Origin: Cyanobacteria bacterium J06626_4
GTDB taxonomy: Bacteria > Cyanobacteriota > Cyanobacteriia > Phormidesmidales > Phormidesmidaceae
Direction: 5' to 3'
Assembly: GCA_038523235.1 (NCBI GenBank)
Contig: JBCBJQ010000063.1
Location: 1 to 34,684 of the forward strand
Length of the DNA: 34,684 nt
The translations under genes were made by a program, and so were the position numbers. Below the pieces are notes generated by a model that was not told the DNA's origin, did no database searches, and worked only from the letters and a program-made list of their open reading frames with translations. Shown here piece after piece: positions 1 through 11,446 of the stretch. Position 1 is the first letter of the stretch; each line of letters starts with the position of its first letter.

Positions 1-75
1 CGCAACGGGGCAGGCATGATACGGCTCCAGAAACAACGTTGACCTCTATCTTACAAGTACTTACGGCAACCTACT
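1..75 (-). mobile_element. Left end of an IS630-family insertion sequence (transposase start at 17, reading off the window)
   Basis: The minus strand reads TA|AGTAGGTTGCCGTAAGT...GGAG-ccgtatc-ATG CCT GCC CCG TTG CG (MPAPLR), which I recognise as the N-terminus of cyanobacterial IS630-type HTH transposases. It abuts TA at 76-77, the IS630 target dinucleotide, where the COR frame resumes (YKVVLD). Confidence 0.7.
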
Positions 76-1435
76 TACAAAGTCGTTCTTGATCGGGCCG
101 TACCCGAGACTAGCAACACCAGTCTGATTGCCCAACTGGTACCTGACAATCGTCCAGAAGAACTTCCAGACTGGGGCGAGCAGCCTGAAACTGGTGATCG
201 ACAACAGGTGCAAATCTGTCGCATCGTGGATAATCGTGGCCAGAATGCAACTGCTGAAGGACTATTTTATCAACTCATCGTCCGCCTCCATAAATACTCC
301 CTAGGCCGCGATAATTACCACAACAGCATTCACTGGCAACGAGGCCTCATGCTCGATCATGAATACAACGGTCGCGCCCTCATGGAACACATCGGCAACG
401 ATATCAAAACCACCGTTCGAGCCGCCCGTCCAGACCGATTCCTTTCTTATCTGACAGAAGAAGTGAAATGGCTCGTAGAGAACTTTTGGGAAGGGCTGAA
501 GTGCAACATTATGGTGCCTTGCATTGAGCCGTGTGGCATGGGCAAACCTGGACACGGTCTCTTTGAAGTTCAAAAACTAGATGAGAGTACAAAAAAGAAT
601 CGTCCTGAGTATCCTTGCCCGGTGTCCGGCTGTGATGAGTGGCAAAACATTGATCAGCTGCTGAACAACGCGCCGACAGCGCCTGCCCCGTCTCAGGAGA
701 TGGACATTGAGCAGTTTCAAAATGTGGCGAAAGATGTGGTGAATGCCATTCGCCGAGATTTATTGACACTCGATCGCCGTGACCAACAGCGCTATCAGGC
801 GCTATCCCAAGAGCAGCGGGCGATGATGAGCCGCATCGATCAACAGTTTGCCTACCTGATGCAGGTTCTTCTCGACGAAGCCAAAGAAGGTCCACGATTG
901 TTTAGCTTCAAACCCGTTGATCCAGGCTTCTTCGATCGCCCCAACTGGGTCGCGGAAAAGTTTCAGCTTACCCTCTGGTGTGAGCATTCGCGCAAACCTC
1001 TGTCAGTGCTGAATTCAGATAATCCTAAACAAGGGGTGTATGCGCTTGAGCTGAATCGCGAGTGGTTTACCAAAGCCGTTCCCGTCTTTAAATTTGTGAC
1101 TGGCACCCTGAGTCTGGTGCTACCCGTCGCTGCTTCGAGCACGCAGTTCATGCTCGATGACGCCACTTAACAAAGGCATCCAAGAAGAACTGGATCTGGG
1201 CCAAAAAAGCCTCGAATTGGGCATTAAAAGTAGCAATGTAGCAGTTGATTGGCAGACCAAACGCAATACTGCCGAGTTTGAAGAAGGTGATGCCATCCGC
1301 GCCCAAGGAGCGATGCTCCGCGAACTCCATGCCCTGCTGCAGGAAAAAGATCCGGGCTTTGGTGGCTTAGTTCGTGTGCAGAACAAGCGCCGTGAATTCC
1401 TTTGGGTGCATCCAGATTTTGTCAGTGAATACTAA
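76..1435 (+). pseudogene. 3' part of a Roc-COR (LRR-Roco) family gene, interrupted by an IS and frameshifted at ~1168
   Basis: Frame 1 is open from YKVVLD...SLIAQLVPDNRP through GLFYQLIVRLH...HWQRGLML (COR-like), a Cys-rich motif and a coiled segment. At 1165-1177 ACTTAACAAAGGC has one extra A relative to a continuous DDAT-YKGIQEELD frame, and ORF 1157..1435 supplies the C-terminus. Confidence 0.7.
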
Positions 1436-1494
1436 ACTCTGGTCTATTTTGCGCCGTACAGAGTCCTGATCGACTCTTATTCCGTCAATTCCGG

Positions 1495-2523
1495 TCAAGC
1501 CATTTGCCAGGTAAGTTCCTGACCGGCCCATAGCGGCACCAGCCCCGATTCCACAAAAGGCACCTCATCGGGAATTCGCCAGGTGGTTTTAGTCAACGTA
1601 ATCTGCTCAGTGTTGCGCGGCAGCTGATAAAAATCGGGGCCATAGAAGCTGGCAAACGCTTCTAGCTTATCCAGGGCGTCAGCGCTCTCAAACACTTCAG
1701 CATATAGCTCTAGGGCATGCAGCGCCGAATAGCACCCAGCGCAACCACAGTCACTTTCTTTGCTGTTGCGCGTATGGGGGGCGCTATCGGTACCGAGAAA
1801 AAACTTGGGATTCCCCGAAGTGGCAGCTTGCACCAGCGCTTGGCGATGGGTCTCTCGTTTCAAAATGGGCAAGCAATAAAAATGCGGGCGCATGCCCCCT
1901 TTGAAGAGGATATTGCGGCTAAACAAGAGATGCTGGGGCGTGATGGTGGCCGCGATATGGTCGGTCGCGAGCACAAACTGCACGGCATCGGCAGTGGTGA
2001 TGTGCTCTAGCACGACGCGCAGGTTGGGAAAACGTGACTTGAGGGGAATCAGGTGCTCCTCAATAAACACCTTCTCGCGATCAAACACATCCACCGCTTG
2101 ATGGGTGACTTCCCCATGCAGTAATAACGGCAGATCGACCTGCTGCATCGCCTCAAAGACGCGATCGCACTTACGAATATCCGTCACGCCGAAGTCAGAA
2201 TTGGTCGTCGCCCCAGCCGGGTAGTACTTGACCGCTTTGACAAACTGGGAGGCTTTGGCCGCGACAATGTCTTCAGGACTTGTGTTGTCAGTCAGGTAGA
2301 GCGTCATCAGGGGGGCAAACTGCTGACCTGCCGGAATCGCGGCGATGATGCGATCGCGATAGGCGGCCGCATCGGCAACCGTTCGCACCGGCGGCTTCAA
2401 ATTTGGCATGACGATGGCGCGGGCAAACTGACGCACCGTATCGGGGAGAACTGCCTGCAACGCGGCGCCGTCGCGGAGATGCAGATGCCAGTCGTCGGGT
2501 CGAGTAATCGTCAGGTTTTGCAT
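1495..2523 (-). CDS. pyrC: Dihydroorotase (homodimeric type)
   Basis: [44 protein letters not shown] motifs; 342 aa. Confidence 0.97.
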   Translation of the reverse strand: MQNLTITRPDDWHLHLRDGAALQAVLPDTVRQFARAIVMPNLKPPVRTVADAAAYRDRIIAAIPAGQQFAPLMTLYLTDNTSPEDIVAAKASQFVKAVKYYPAGATTNSDFGVTDIRKCDRVFEAMQQVDLPLLLHGEVTHQAVDVFDREKVFIEEHLIPLKSRFPNLRVVLEHITTADAVQFVLATDHIAATITPQHLLFSRNILFKGGMRPHFYCLPILKRETHRQALVQAATSGNPKFFLGTDSAPHTRNSKESDCGCAGCYSALHALELYAEVFESADALDKLEAFASFYGPDFYQLPRNTEQITLTKTTWRIPDEVPFVESGLVPLWAGQELTWQMA

Positions 2524-2715
2524 GCTTCCATCATAAAACAGCGAGCAATGGGGCGATCGTGGGGAACGTGCAGTTGTTCTCAGGAAGATCAGAACAGTGA
2601 CCCGCAGGTTGTTGGCGCTTCGACTGGGTCTCTGGCAACGCTTGCAGCGGTGCTCGGGGACTCCATGGCAGGGTCTGCCTGATCACAGCGAGAGCCGCAT
2701 CAGGCAGAGAGCCCG

Positions 2716-2764
2716 GCCAAAAAAAATATTTTTGTAAAATTCTCACCACAAAATATTTTTTGGC
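2716..2764. repeat. AT-rich imperfect palindrome in the pyrC / ATPase divergent intergenic region
   Basis: GCCAAAAAAAATATTTTTGT ... ACAAAATATTTTTTGGC; the arms are complementary apart from homopolymer length. Confidence 0.6.
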
Positions 2765-3368
2765 TTTCAAAAAAGACCTTATTTAGGTTTTGCTCCGCGA
2801 TCGCGGTTGCTTGAACATGCAGAGCTTATGGATGTGATTGAATTTATATATAGGGCATGCTCATTAATCATCAGTGCTAATGCTTATACTTTTTCGTGAG
2901 TCATTCGCATTAGCTTGGTCAGGAGAGATGGTTAGATTATCCCGAAACCCCAGGTTTATTTCAAAAGTTTTGTAAACCGCAAAATCAATCCCAAGTAATA
3001 GAATAAGGCTATATCGGTGGATAGTGGATTCTTGGTTCTTTGGGTTGTCTAAACAAGGGTTGGGTGGGTAGAGACAAAGGCATCACAATATTACTCTAAA
3101 CACACCTCAGCTTTAAGAGAAAGCCGAGGTATCAGGCTGTTTGAGCTTTTGGCTCGGTCGCACAGCTTGATGAACTCTGGTCAGGATGCCATCAAAAAGA
3201 ATGATTTAGATTTCGGTGATTCTTGGCGACTGCGGCCCGCGATCGCGAGCCTTCTCAATTAAACTCATATGTTCTGTCTCGTGGAGTCTATTGAGTAGGC
3301 TTTCGACTTTTTGGAGTGCCCAATTCATGAAAATCAATTAATTTATTGGCTGAATTTTGGAGGATATA

Positions 3369-6086
3369 GTGCCAGCTCAATTGCAATTGCCGGTATACCA
3401 TCACCTCTCTGAACCAGAGGTCGTTGAATACTTTGCCAGTGATTTGAAAACAGGCTTGTCAGCCGAAGCGGTCGCCAGTCGCTATGAAAAACATGGTTGG
3501 AATGAGCTGCAATTTAAGCCCGGTAAACCCGCTTGGCTCAGGTTTTTACTACAGTTTAATCAACCGCTACTCTATATTTTGCTGCTGGCAGGGGTCGTTA
3601 AGGCTTCCCTCGGCTCGTGGACCAATGCCTGTGTGATTTGGGGCGTGACGATCATCAATGCCGTCATTGGGTATGTGCAAGAAGCGAAAGCCGAGGGGGC
3701 GATCGCCTCGCTAGCTAAGGCGGTCACGACGGAAGCCTCGGTCATTCGCGAGGGGCAAACGCTGCGGATTCCGTCGCGTGATTTAGTCCCTGGGGACATC
3801 GTGTTGCTGGCTTCGGGCGATAAAGTGCCAGCGGATGTGCGATTGCTGAAGGTGCGCAATTTACAGGTCGATGAATCAGCCCTGACGGGGGAAGCCGTGC
3901 CCGTCGAGAAATCAATCCAGCTGTTGCCGTCTGATACGTCTCTGGCCGATCGCACCAATATGGCCTATGCCGGGAGTTTCGTGACCTTTGGACAGGGGCA
4001 GGGGCTCGTGGTCGCGACGGCTAATGCCACCGAAGTGGGGCAAATTTCTCAATCGATGGAGCGGCAAGTGAGCCTCTCGACGCCGCTCACCCGCAAGTTT
4101 GCCAAATTTAGCCGCACGCTGCTCTACGCCATTTTGGCGCTGGCCGCCCTGACCTTTGCGATCGGGGTAGGACAGGGCGAATCCTGGGTTTATATGTTTG
4201 AGGCCACGGTGGCCCTGGCGGTGAGTGCCATTCCGGAAGGGCTGCCCGCGGTGGTCACGATTACCCTGGCGATCGGGGTCAATCGTATGGCCAGCCGCCA
4301 TGCCATCATTCGCAAACTGCCTGCGGTGGAAGCCTTGGGCAGCGCCACGGTGATTTGTTCGGATAAAACGGGGACGCTGACCGAAAATCAAATGACGGTG
4401 CAGACCCTGTACGTCGGGGGGCAACCCTATGCGGTGAGTGGTGGTGGCTACAGTCCTAAAGGCGACATTAGCCTGCTCACCTTTGGCCAACCGGCAGGGG
4501 CTGTGGAGGAGGAGCAGTCACCAACGCTAGAAGATTGCCTGGTGGCGGGGGTGCTCTGTAATGACTCCCAGTTAAAGCAGGCGGGCGACGATTGGTCAGT
4601 GGTGGGCGACCCGACCGAGGGGGCGCTGATTACCGCAGCCGCGAAAGCGGGGCTGAGCCAATCGGGGCAAGGGGCGGCTCACCCCAGATTAGACGCGATT
4701 CCCTTTGAGTCGCAGTACCAATATATGGCCACCCTGCATGATGGGGAGATGCGCAAGATTTACGTCAAGGGCTCGGTAGAAGCCTTGCTCCGGCGGTGTG
4801 CGCAGATGCTGGATCCGCAGGGGCAAATCATCCCCCTTGACGCCGCCCAGATTGAACAAGCGGTTGAAAAGATGGCCGCAGAGGGCTTACGAGTTCTCGC
4901 CTTTGCTAAAAAAACGGTGGATGTTCATCAACATTCGATTGACCATGAGGATCTCGATAAGGGCCTGGTGTTTCTCGGATTGCAGGGCATGATTGACCCG
5001 CCGCGTCCGGAGGCGATCGCGGCCATTCATTCCTGTCAGACAGCGGGGATTCGGGTGAAGATGATCACCGGGGACCATATCGCCACAGCGCGGGCGATCG
5101 CGCAGCGCATGGGCATTCAAGCCGATGGCCGCGTCATCGCTTTTGATGGCAAACAGCTGGCCCAAATGGACGATCATCAAATTGTTGACGCCATTGAAAC
5201 TGGGACGGTGTTTGCACGGGTCGCCCCGGCTCAAAAGCTGCAGCTGGTCGAAGCCCTGCAGTCGAAGGGGGATGTCGTGGCGATGACGGGGGATGGCGTG
5301 AACGATGCGCCCGCCCTGAAACAGGCCGATATTGGCATCGCCATGGGGAAAGGTGGCACCGAAGTCGCCCGCGAAGCCTCGGCGATGCTACTGACCGACG
5401 ATAACTTTGCCTCGATTGAAGCGGCGGTAGAAGAAGGCCGCACTGTTTATCAAAACCTGCGTAAGGCGATCGCGTTCCTCTTGCCCGTCAATGGCGGCGA
5501 ATCGATGACCATCCTGATCAGTGCGTTGTTAGCGCGGGATTTACCGATTCTGTCGCTACAGGTGCTGTGGCTGAACATGATCAACTCCATCACCATGACC
5601 GTGCCCCTCGCCTTTGAGGCCAAAGCCCCAGGGCTGATGCAGTCGCCCCCGCGCAATCCTAATGAACCGCTGATCACGCCAAAACTATTGCGCCGCATTT
5701 TGCTGGTGTCAGTGTTTAACTGGATTCTGATTTTTGGCATTTTTGAGTGGGCTCAATCCACCACGGGCGACATTACTGTGGCGCGCACCATGGCAATTCA
5801 AGCACTGGTGGCGGCGCGCGTAATCTATCTGCTCAGCATTGGCCAGTTAGGCAAGAGCTTAGTCGCCTATTTACGCCGCCGATCACCCGCGATCGTCAAT
5901 TCCCCGATTTTGCTCATGGGCATTGTGGTGGCCATTGCCCTGCAAATTCTGTTTAGCCAGTGGGGGTTGATGAACTTCCTGTTTGACACGGCCCCCTTGA
6001 CTTGGCAGCAATGGCTCATCTGCTTATTGCCAATGGTGCCGATGGTGCCCGTAGCGATCTTGGCCAACCGCATCGATCCCTCTTGA
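3369..6086 (+). CDS. Cation-transporting P-type ATPase (P2A, Ca2+/PacL-like)
   Basis: [24 protein letters not shown] (phosphorylation site), [33 protein letters not shown] precedes GTG at 3369 (ORF track opens at TTG 3357). Confidence 0.95.
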   Translation: MPAQLQLPVYHHLSEPEVVEYFASDLKTGLSAEAVASRYEKHGWNELQFKPGKPAWLRFLLQFNQPLLYILLLAGVVKASLGSWTNACVIWGVTIINAVIGYVQEAKAEGAIASLAKAVTTEASVIREGQTLRIPSRDLVPGDIVLLASGDKVPADVRLLKVRNLQVDESALTGEAVPVEKSIQLLPSDTSLADRTNMAYAGSFVTFGQGQGLVVATANATEVGQISQSMERQVSLSTPLTRKFAKFSRTLLYAILALAALTFAIGVGQGESWVYMFEATVALAVSAIPEGLPAVVTITLAIGVNRMASRHAIIRKLPAVEALGSATVICSDKTGTLTENQMTVQTLYVGGQPYAVSGGGYSPKGDISLLTFGQPAGAVEEEQSPTLEDCLVAGVLCNDSQLKQAGDDWSVVGDPTEGALITAAAKAGLSQSGQGAAHPRLDAIPFESQYQYMATLHDGEMRKIYVKGSVEALLRRCAQMLDPQGQIIPLDAAQIEQAVEKMAAEGLRVLAFAKKTVDVHQHSIDHEDLDKGLVFLGLQGMIDPPRPEAIAAIHSCQTAGIRVKMITGDHIATARAIAQRMGIQADGRVIAFDGKQLAQMDDHQIVDAIETGTVFARVAPAQKLQLVEALQSKGDVVAMTGDGVNDAPALKQADIGIAMGKGGTEVAREASAMLLTDDNFASIEAAVEEGRTVYQNLRKAIAFLLPVNGGESMTILISALLARDLPILSLQVLWLNMINSITMTVPLAFEAKAPGLMQSPPRNPNEPLITPKLLRRILLVSVFNWILIFGIFEWAQSTTGDITVARTMAIQALVAARVIYLLSIGQLGKSLVAYLRRRSPAIVNSPILLMGIVVAIALQILFSQWGLMNFLFDTAPLTWQQWLICLLPMVPMVPVAILANRIDPS

Positions 6087-6190
6087 ACGGAGGCTCAATC
6101 TGCTGACGATGACGTCTTGCCCAGAAGCAGGCCGATCACTATGGCGACCAGAGCGATGACTCCTCAGCATGTTTGAGAGCATGACCCGGC

Positions 6191-7180
6191 ATGAAAAAAA
6201 TCAGCACGCTCAAACGATTAGCACTTGCCATTTGCGGTGTGATCGTCACCTTGTATTTGAGCAATGCCTCGTTTTTAGCGCGGCCGATCGGCACTCAGCC
6301 GCTGTTGGTTGCGCATCGGGGGGTGGCCCAAAACTTCGATCGCACCGGCCTGACGAATGCCAGCTGTACGGCAACTCGCCTGCTGCCAACGCCCCACGAC
6401 TATCTGGAAAACACCATTGCCTCGATGCGGGCGGCCTTCGCCTACGGAGCCGATTTTGTTGAGCTGGATATTCATCCGACTACGGATGGCCACTTTGCGG
6501 TCTTCCATGATTGGACGGTCGATTGCCGCACCAATGGTAGTGGTGTCACGCGTGAACAGACGCTGGCGAGGCTGCAATCTCTCGATATTGGGTATGGCTA
6601 TACCGCAGATGGCGGCAAGACTTACCCCTTTCGGGGCAAAGGAGTCGGTTTGATGCCGTCGTTGGAGGACGTATTCACCGCTTTTCCGACTCACAAGCTG
6701 ATTATTAATGTCAAAAGTAATGATCTCCAGGAAGGTGAGCGGTTGGCTGAACGATTGGCTCAACTGGCGCCTGATCGCCAAAGGCAAATCATGGTGTATG
6801 GCGGCGATCGCCCCGTCAGCGTTATCCGCGATCACCTGCCCTTGATTCAAACTCTGTGGATCAGCCGACTTAAAACCTGCCTGGTGAGATATATGGCCCT
6901 GGGCTGGACAGGCTATCTGCCAACGGCTTGTGAGCGGAGTATGTTGATGATTCCGGCTAACTACACTGCTTGGTTGTGGGGATGGCCCAATCGATTTCTG
7001 CAGCGGATGGCAGCAGTAGACACCAGGGTATTCTTGCTAGCCAATTACCGAGGAGAAGGGTTTTCGCAAGGACTCGACGACCTCGAACAGCTCCGCGCTC
7101 TGCCAAAGGACTATTCCGGCGGCATTTGGACTGATCGCATTGATGTCGTCGGGCCAGCGATGAAGCGTCATCCAAAATAA
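6191..7180 (+). CDS. Glycerophosphodiester phosphodiesterase family protein, N-terminal signal/anchor
   Basis: VAHRG, ENTIASMRAAF, VELDIHPTTDGHFAVFHD, GIWTD motifs; hydrophobic N-terminus. Confidence 0.9.
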   Translation: MKKISTLKRLALAICGVIVTLYLSNASFLARPIGTQPLLVAHRGVAQNFDRTGLTNASCTATRLLPTPHDYLENTIASMRAAFAYGADFVELDIHPTTDGHFAVFHDWTVDCRTNGSGVTREQTLARLQSLDIGYGYTADGGKTYPFRGKGVGLMPSLEDVFTAFPTHKLIINVKSNDLQEGERLAERLAQLAPDRQRQIMVYGGDRPVSVIRDHLPLIQTLWISRLKTCLVRYMALGWTGYLPTACERSMLMIPANYTAWLWGWPNRFLQRMAAVDTRVFLLANYRGEGFSQGLDDLEQLRALPKDYSGGIWTDRIDVVGPAMKRHPK

Positions 7181-7194
7181 AAAATATCCACCTA

Positions 7195-7260
7195 AAGACC
7201 CCGGTTTCTAGGAACCGCTCAACAGTCTGGAGCAAGTTTTTCCAGAGAAACCGGGGTCTT
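7195..7260. repeat. Perfect 15-bp inverted repeat (MITE/REP-like; possible bidirectional terminator between convergent genes)
   Basis: AAGACCCCGGTTTCT (7195-7209) and AGAAACCGGGGTCTT (7246-7260). Confidence 0.75.
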
Positions 7261-7347
7261 GGACACGTTATTGCGACGACAGCTCCCCAGACATCGGCAG
7301 CAAGCTGGCACGGGGAGGCCCGATCGCTGAGGAAGGAAGTGCCTGCG

Positions 7348-7869
7348 TTATTCCGCTTCGGGCACAATGACCTGGATGGAGGCCTCAATGGGCATGCCGT
7401 CATGCATCAGGGCTGCGTGGGTGTTGGTGTTGAGCCCCACCGTAAGGACGTGTTCACCAGGGGGCAGCTCGGGAATGTAATACCACTCGCTGTAGAGCCG
7501 CGTCAGCTTTTCCCCATTGAGATAGAGGTGAGCATGCCCTTCGGTCGTGAGGTTGTTGACATTGACCTGCTCTGGGGCAAAGCTCCAGTTGGCGATCGCG
7601 ACTGCAACGTTCCAGCCTGCAACTGAGTCGGCAAAGACATCAATGACGACTTCTGGCACTGCCTGCCCAGCCGGAATCTCGACCATGCCGTGGTCGTGGT
7701 GGCCGTGATCCGCTTCGGTCGTCACGTCTTCGGTCGTCATATCGGCGGGGGCGCTGTGGCCGTCCCCATGATCGTGGCCCATGTCTGCCGGTGCGGGGGG
7801 CGCGGCGATCGCGCTCACGCCAACAGTCAGCAGTCCGGTAGCCATCAGGTGAGTCAAGAATTTGCGCAT
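7348..7869 (-). CDS. Exported His-rich hypothetical protein, possibly metal-binding
   Basis: Signal peptide (MRKFLTH...AIAAPPAPA), HDHGDGH and HGHHDHGM tracts, EGHAHLYLNG motif; start taken at ATG 7869. Confidence 0.75.
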   Translation of the reverse strand: MRKFLTHLMATGLLTVGVSAIAAPPAPADMGHDHGDGHSAPADMTTEDVTTEADHGHHDHGMVEIPAGQAVPEVVIDVFADSVAGWNVAVAIANWSFAPEQVNVNNLTTEGHAHLYLNGEKLTRLYSEWYYIPELPPGEHVLTVGLNTNTHAALMHDGMPIEASIQVIVPEAE

Positions 7870-7974
7870 GAATTTAGAAGTTAGGAGAAAGGGCTTAAAG
7901 ATGAAAAGGTGAGGTGGCATGAGCGGTAGGGAGACGATAGGAGCTTGAGCCCGACGACGGGTTGGATGTTGTCG

Positions 7975-8916
7975 CTAGCCGATCGCTTGGCGAGGCTGCT
8001 GCATCTGCTGCAGGCGCAGCTTGGCGCGTTGTGCCCCATCGAGATTGCCCTGCTGCTGAAACTGGGTGAACGCGGCCTGAAAGTCGGTCATTGCGCCATC
8101 CAGATTGCCTAATTGCTGCTTCACGGCCCCCCGGTTGAAGTAGGTTTCCGCATGATGGGGGTTGAGGGCAATGACGCGATCGAAGTCTCGCAAGGCCGCA
8201 GCGTAGTGTCCCTGCTCGTGACAGGCACAGCCGCGATTGAAATAGGCGCGGGTGTCGCTAGTATCTAAAGCCACGGCTTGATCGAGCGCGAGCAACGTTT
8301 CTGCCGGTTTAGAACCACTAGCGAGGTAAGCGACCCCCAAATCGTTGTAGAGATTTGACCGCTCAATGACGTTTAAATCAGCCGCGTAGGTGAGGGCTTG
8401 GTGGTAGTCGGCGATCGCAGAAGACACGTCGCCTTGGGCAAACTGGGCCAGCCCAGAGTTGTAGTAGGCGCGAGCGTCGCCTGGCCGGGCTTGCAGATGC
8501 TGAGTCAGATCGGCCACGGCGGCGGTGTATTGACTCAGGCGATAGTGAGCCAGCCCCCGATAAAAGCGCAGCTTGGGATAGGCCGGATTCACCGCGATCG
8601 CGGCAGAACAGTCTTGCACTGCCTGCTCTGGTTGATTCAGCATGAGGTGGGCCAAACAGCGCTGGCCGTAGGCCACCTCTAGAGAATCCTGCTGTTGGAT
8701 CGCCTGATCGAAATATTCCACAGCGGTGACAAAGTCCTGCTGCTGCAAGGCGTCTAACCCCAGCTGCAGGCTGGCCGGAGCGGCGATCGCTCGCCCCGGC
8801 AACAGCACCATACTGGCGATCGCCAGTATGGTGAGGGTCAATCGCTGACCTTGGCGGAGTCCCGCTTTACCAGCCTTTTTCAGACTGATCCAAAACATAG
8901 CTAGCCACGTCATCAA
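7975..8916 (-). CDS. Tetratricopeptide repeat protein, probably exported (true start may be downstream of 8916)
   Basis: Repeated AYxNRG/A-x-x-D-F TPR units; hydrophobic N-terminal segment; the ORF 5' end overlaps the petJ 3' end. Confidence 0.88.
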   Translation of the reverse strand: MMTWLAMFWISLKKAGKAGLRQGQRLTLTILAIASMVLLPGRAIAAPASLQLGLDALQQQDFVTAVEYFDQAIQQQDSLEVAYGQRCLAHLMLNQPEQAVQDCSAAIAVNPAYPKLRFYRGLAHYRLSQYTAAVADLTQHLQARPGDARAYYNSGLAQFAQGDVSSAIADYHQALTYAADLNVIERSNLYNDLGVAYLASGSKPAETLLALDQAVALDTSDTRAYFNRGCACHEQGHYAAALRDFDRVIALNPHHAETYFNRGAVKQQLGNLDGAMTDFQAAFTQFQQQGNLDGAQRAKLRLQQMQQPRQAIG

Positions 8917-9196
8917 TATCTTCCTCGGTTAAGCGACCCGCAAAGGCGGGCATGGCGTTTTTGCCGTTGGTGACCTGATATTTAATGGCGTCGAGGGAGT
9001 CCATCTCATAGGTTTGCAGGTCGGCTAGCTTCAAAGTCTTGGCGGCATTGACCACGTTGCCGCCGCCGATGTGACAGGCGGCGCAGTTGTTCGAAAATAC
9101 TTGTCCGCCGTGGGCAATGTCGCCCGCGAGTGCCGGTGCCACGGTGCCCAACCAGCTCAACACAACCGCAAACAGGCCCAAAAAGAATCTTTTCAT
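8867..9196 (-). CDS. petJ: Cytochrome c6
   Basis: Signal peptide ending ALA, CAACH heme motif, GKNAMPAF with axial Met, C-terminal GW. Confidence 0.93.
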   Translation of the reverse strand: MKRFFLGLFAVVLSWLGTVAPALAGDIAHGGQVFSNNCAACHIGGGNVVNAAKTLKLADLQTYEMDSLDAIKYQVTNGKNAMPAFAGRLTEEDIDDVASYVLDQSEKGW

Positions 9197-9584
9197 GGTG
9201 CTCATATTGATGACAAACGCAAAATATCCACTTACAGGAGAAATGAAACTCCACTAAAGGGAGAGTGTACAGGATTGCGATCAGTTTTCTAAAAGATGAA
9301 ACAAAATTAAGGATTTGTTACCCACTCCGTCGGAGGGCAAGGACTTGCTGGTGCCGACACCCGCGCTGGCAGCCAGTTTTGGGTGAAAAATGACCAGCGA
9401 AGCAAGTTGTTGTCGGTCAGCCACTTGCGGTGTTTTGATAGACCAAAAGTCGGAATTCAGAAGTCGAAGTTATACTGCTTCTCTGAAATAAGGTTGTAGA
9501 TCGGGCTCCCCTGCCCCTCAGCTCCCCTGCGCTCCTCAGATTTCATGGGAAGGCCGATCGCTGAGAATTGCTCACCGGCTCGCT

Positions 9585-10631
9585 CTAATAAAGATTGAGG
9601 TCATAGAACCGGTTGGCCAAGACGACTCCCACCAAGGCCATGAGCAGCAGCAGCCAAATGCTATACGCCGCCTGCGTGACTTGCTCAGCCTGAGGTTGAG
9701 CCTGAAGTTGTCGAGGCCGGAGATCTTGTATGAGAAAGGTCGTCACGGCTGCCAAGTTGAGACAGATGACGTTGGTCAGCGTCAGCAAGGAAGCCCCAAA
9801 GGCGGATGACCATTCAGCCGCTCCCAGCAGTAATCCGGCAACGACCAGAGGCGGCAGCAAGGCCACCGAAACCATGACGCCCACAATGCCGCTGCGTTCT
9901 TCGCTGGTCAGGGCGATCGCGCCTGCGACGCCCGAGGCAAAGGCCAGAATGCCATCGGGCCAGCGTACCTGCACACGACTGGCGATTTCCGATGAGTCCA
10001 GAGATACGGGGACGACATAGCCAATGGCCACAGCCAGGAGCAGGGCCAGCAAAATGCCGATACTCCCCGTCCGCAAGGTGCGATAGGCCAGTGATTTATC
10101 CCCCAGGGTGGTGGCGACGGCCAAGGCCATATTAGGCTGCAGCAGCGGGGCAATCACCATCGCCCCGATCACCACGGCCTGGTTGTCGCGCACAATGCCG
10201 ATCGCGGCAATTACCGTTGATAGCACGATTAATGAGAGCTGCACCCATGACAGATCAGCACTTTGAAACACGCGATCGTAAATCTCCTCGCGGTTGATGC
10301 GAGACGATTGAGGCTTGAGGCTCGCGCTCAGGGCTGACTGCAGCAAATCTTCTGCTTCTGGGTTGCGCTCTTGTTCCTCTCTGGTGGTGAGTGGCAGCGA
10401 AGCCTCAACCTCTAACAACAGCAGTCGAAACCCCTCAACGCCCTCAAACTGGGTGGCAAAGCGATCAATCACCGTTTCTGCCTTAGCCGTGTCAACCAAA
10501 ATTCTGACCCAGAGCTGGTCTTGCCAGCGGGTTTCGAGGCAGGTGGCGATCTCGGCTTGGTCTTTTAATAGTTGGGTGACCTGCTTTTGATGTTGCTCAG
10601 GCAAAAATACTTCGATTAAACGTTGGCTCAT
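9585..10631 (-). CDS. TIGR00341/DUF389-type integral membrane protein
   Basis: AVVIGAMVIAPLL and GVMVSVALLPP motifs, several TM helices; start taken at MSQRLIEV (10631). Confidence 0.85.
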   Translation of the reverse strand: MSQRLIEVFLPEQHQKQVTQLLKDQAEIATCLETRWQDQLWVRILVDTAKAETVIDRFATQFEGVEGFRLLLLEVEASLPLTTREEQERNPEAEDLLQSALSASLKPQSSRINREEIYDRVFQSADLSWVQLSLIVLSTVIAAIGIVRDNQAVVIGAMVIAPLLQPNMALAVATTLGDKSLAYRTLRTGSIGILLALLLAVAIGYVVPVSLDSSEIASRVQVRWPDGILAFASGVAGAIALTSEERSGIVGVMVSVALLPPLVVAGLLLGAAEWSSAFGASLLTLTNVICLNLAAVTTFLIQDLRPRQLQAQPQAEQVTQAAYSIWLLLLMALVGVVLANRFYDLNLY

Positions 10632-10963
10632 AAACTTGGCCAGCTTTCCCCGATGCTCAATATGGCTTCCAGCCGTCATTTCATCTTCGTCTAAGTGATT
10701 GCTGGCGTCTAGATTGTCGGCAGCGGCGGTGATGGAAGGGCTGTCTGTGGCGTCATGAGCGGCTGATTGGGAGGGGCCACACCGGCGATCGCCCCGATTC
10801 CGCAATCATGTCTAGAAAGTTCAACAACTTTTGTATGATTCATCCCGATGGAAATTGTTCCCACCGGAAGGTTAAGTGCTGCCTCAGTTTTGACCAAAGC
10901 CTTCACTGGCAAGCGGTTGCAAATGCTGGGCCAGCCCCCTTAACCATCTATGGGTCTTAGTCA

Positions 10964-11389
10964 ATGAAGTCTTCTAGTAAAGTCGCCTTGATTACCGTCG
11001 GGTCCGCCGTCTCACTCTCGGCCCTAGGCGCATCGGCCCAAGCTCAATCGACGGGCACCGCAGCGGATTTGTTGCCGTTAGACTCGCCCGATATCGCGGC
11101 AGCAGCCCTACCGGATCAGACGAAAGCGCTGCCGGTGGCGGGCGTCAGCGCTTCAGTGCAGCCCGAGGCAACTTACAGTCCTGATTTGCTGCGCACCGTG
11201 GCGAGCAACATCAATAACACCGACCATAATGACGACGAAGATGACACCCCTGACATCGGCGATCTGGTTGATTTGAGCTTTTTTGAGCAGTTTATTGATG
11301 ACAACGGCAATGTCGATTTGCCGTTGGGCATCACGGTTTATGAGGCGATGGGCAGAACCTCGATCGGCTTTGGCGGCGAGTTCCGCTAG
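10964..11389 (+). CDS. Exported hypothetical protein
   Basis: 141-aa ORF with signal peptide ending AQA, acidic stretch, C-terminus LPLGITVYEAMGRTSIGFGGEF. Confidence 0.7.
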   Translation: MKSSSKVALITVGSAVSLSALGASAQAQSTGTAADLLPLDSPDIAAAALPDQTKALPVAGVSASVQPEATYSPDLLRTVASNINNTDHNDDEDDTPDIGDLVDLSFFEQFIDDNGNVDLPLGITVYEAMGRTSIGFGGEFR

Positions 11390-11408
11390 CTTGCTAACGA
11401 CGCCAGCC

Positions 11409-11440
11409 GTAGGGTGCGTTGCTGCCAAGCAAACGCACCC
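11409..11440 (+). repeat. REP-like hairpin with GTAG foot
   Basis: GTAG-GGTGCGTTGC-tgccaa-GCAAACGCACC immediately downstream of the RAYT gene. Confidence 0.8.
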
Positions 11441-11446
11441 CATACC

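Noticed and set aside
2531..2770. 79-aa ORF upstream of pyrC
   Set aside because: Starts within the AT-rich palindrome and has no protein-like features.
3200..3368. Mn2+ (yybP-ykoY) or other riboswitch before the P-type ATPase
   Set aside because: I could not find the conserved riboswitch motifs by eye.
9445..9540. Short tandem-like repeats (GCTCCCCTGC twice; AAGTCGGAATTCAGAAGTC)
   Set aside because: Resemble common short repetitive intergenic sequences of filamentous cyanobacteria; too short and degenerate to interpret.
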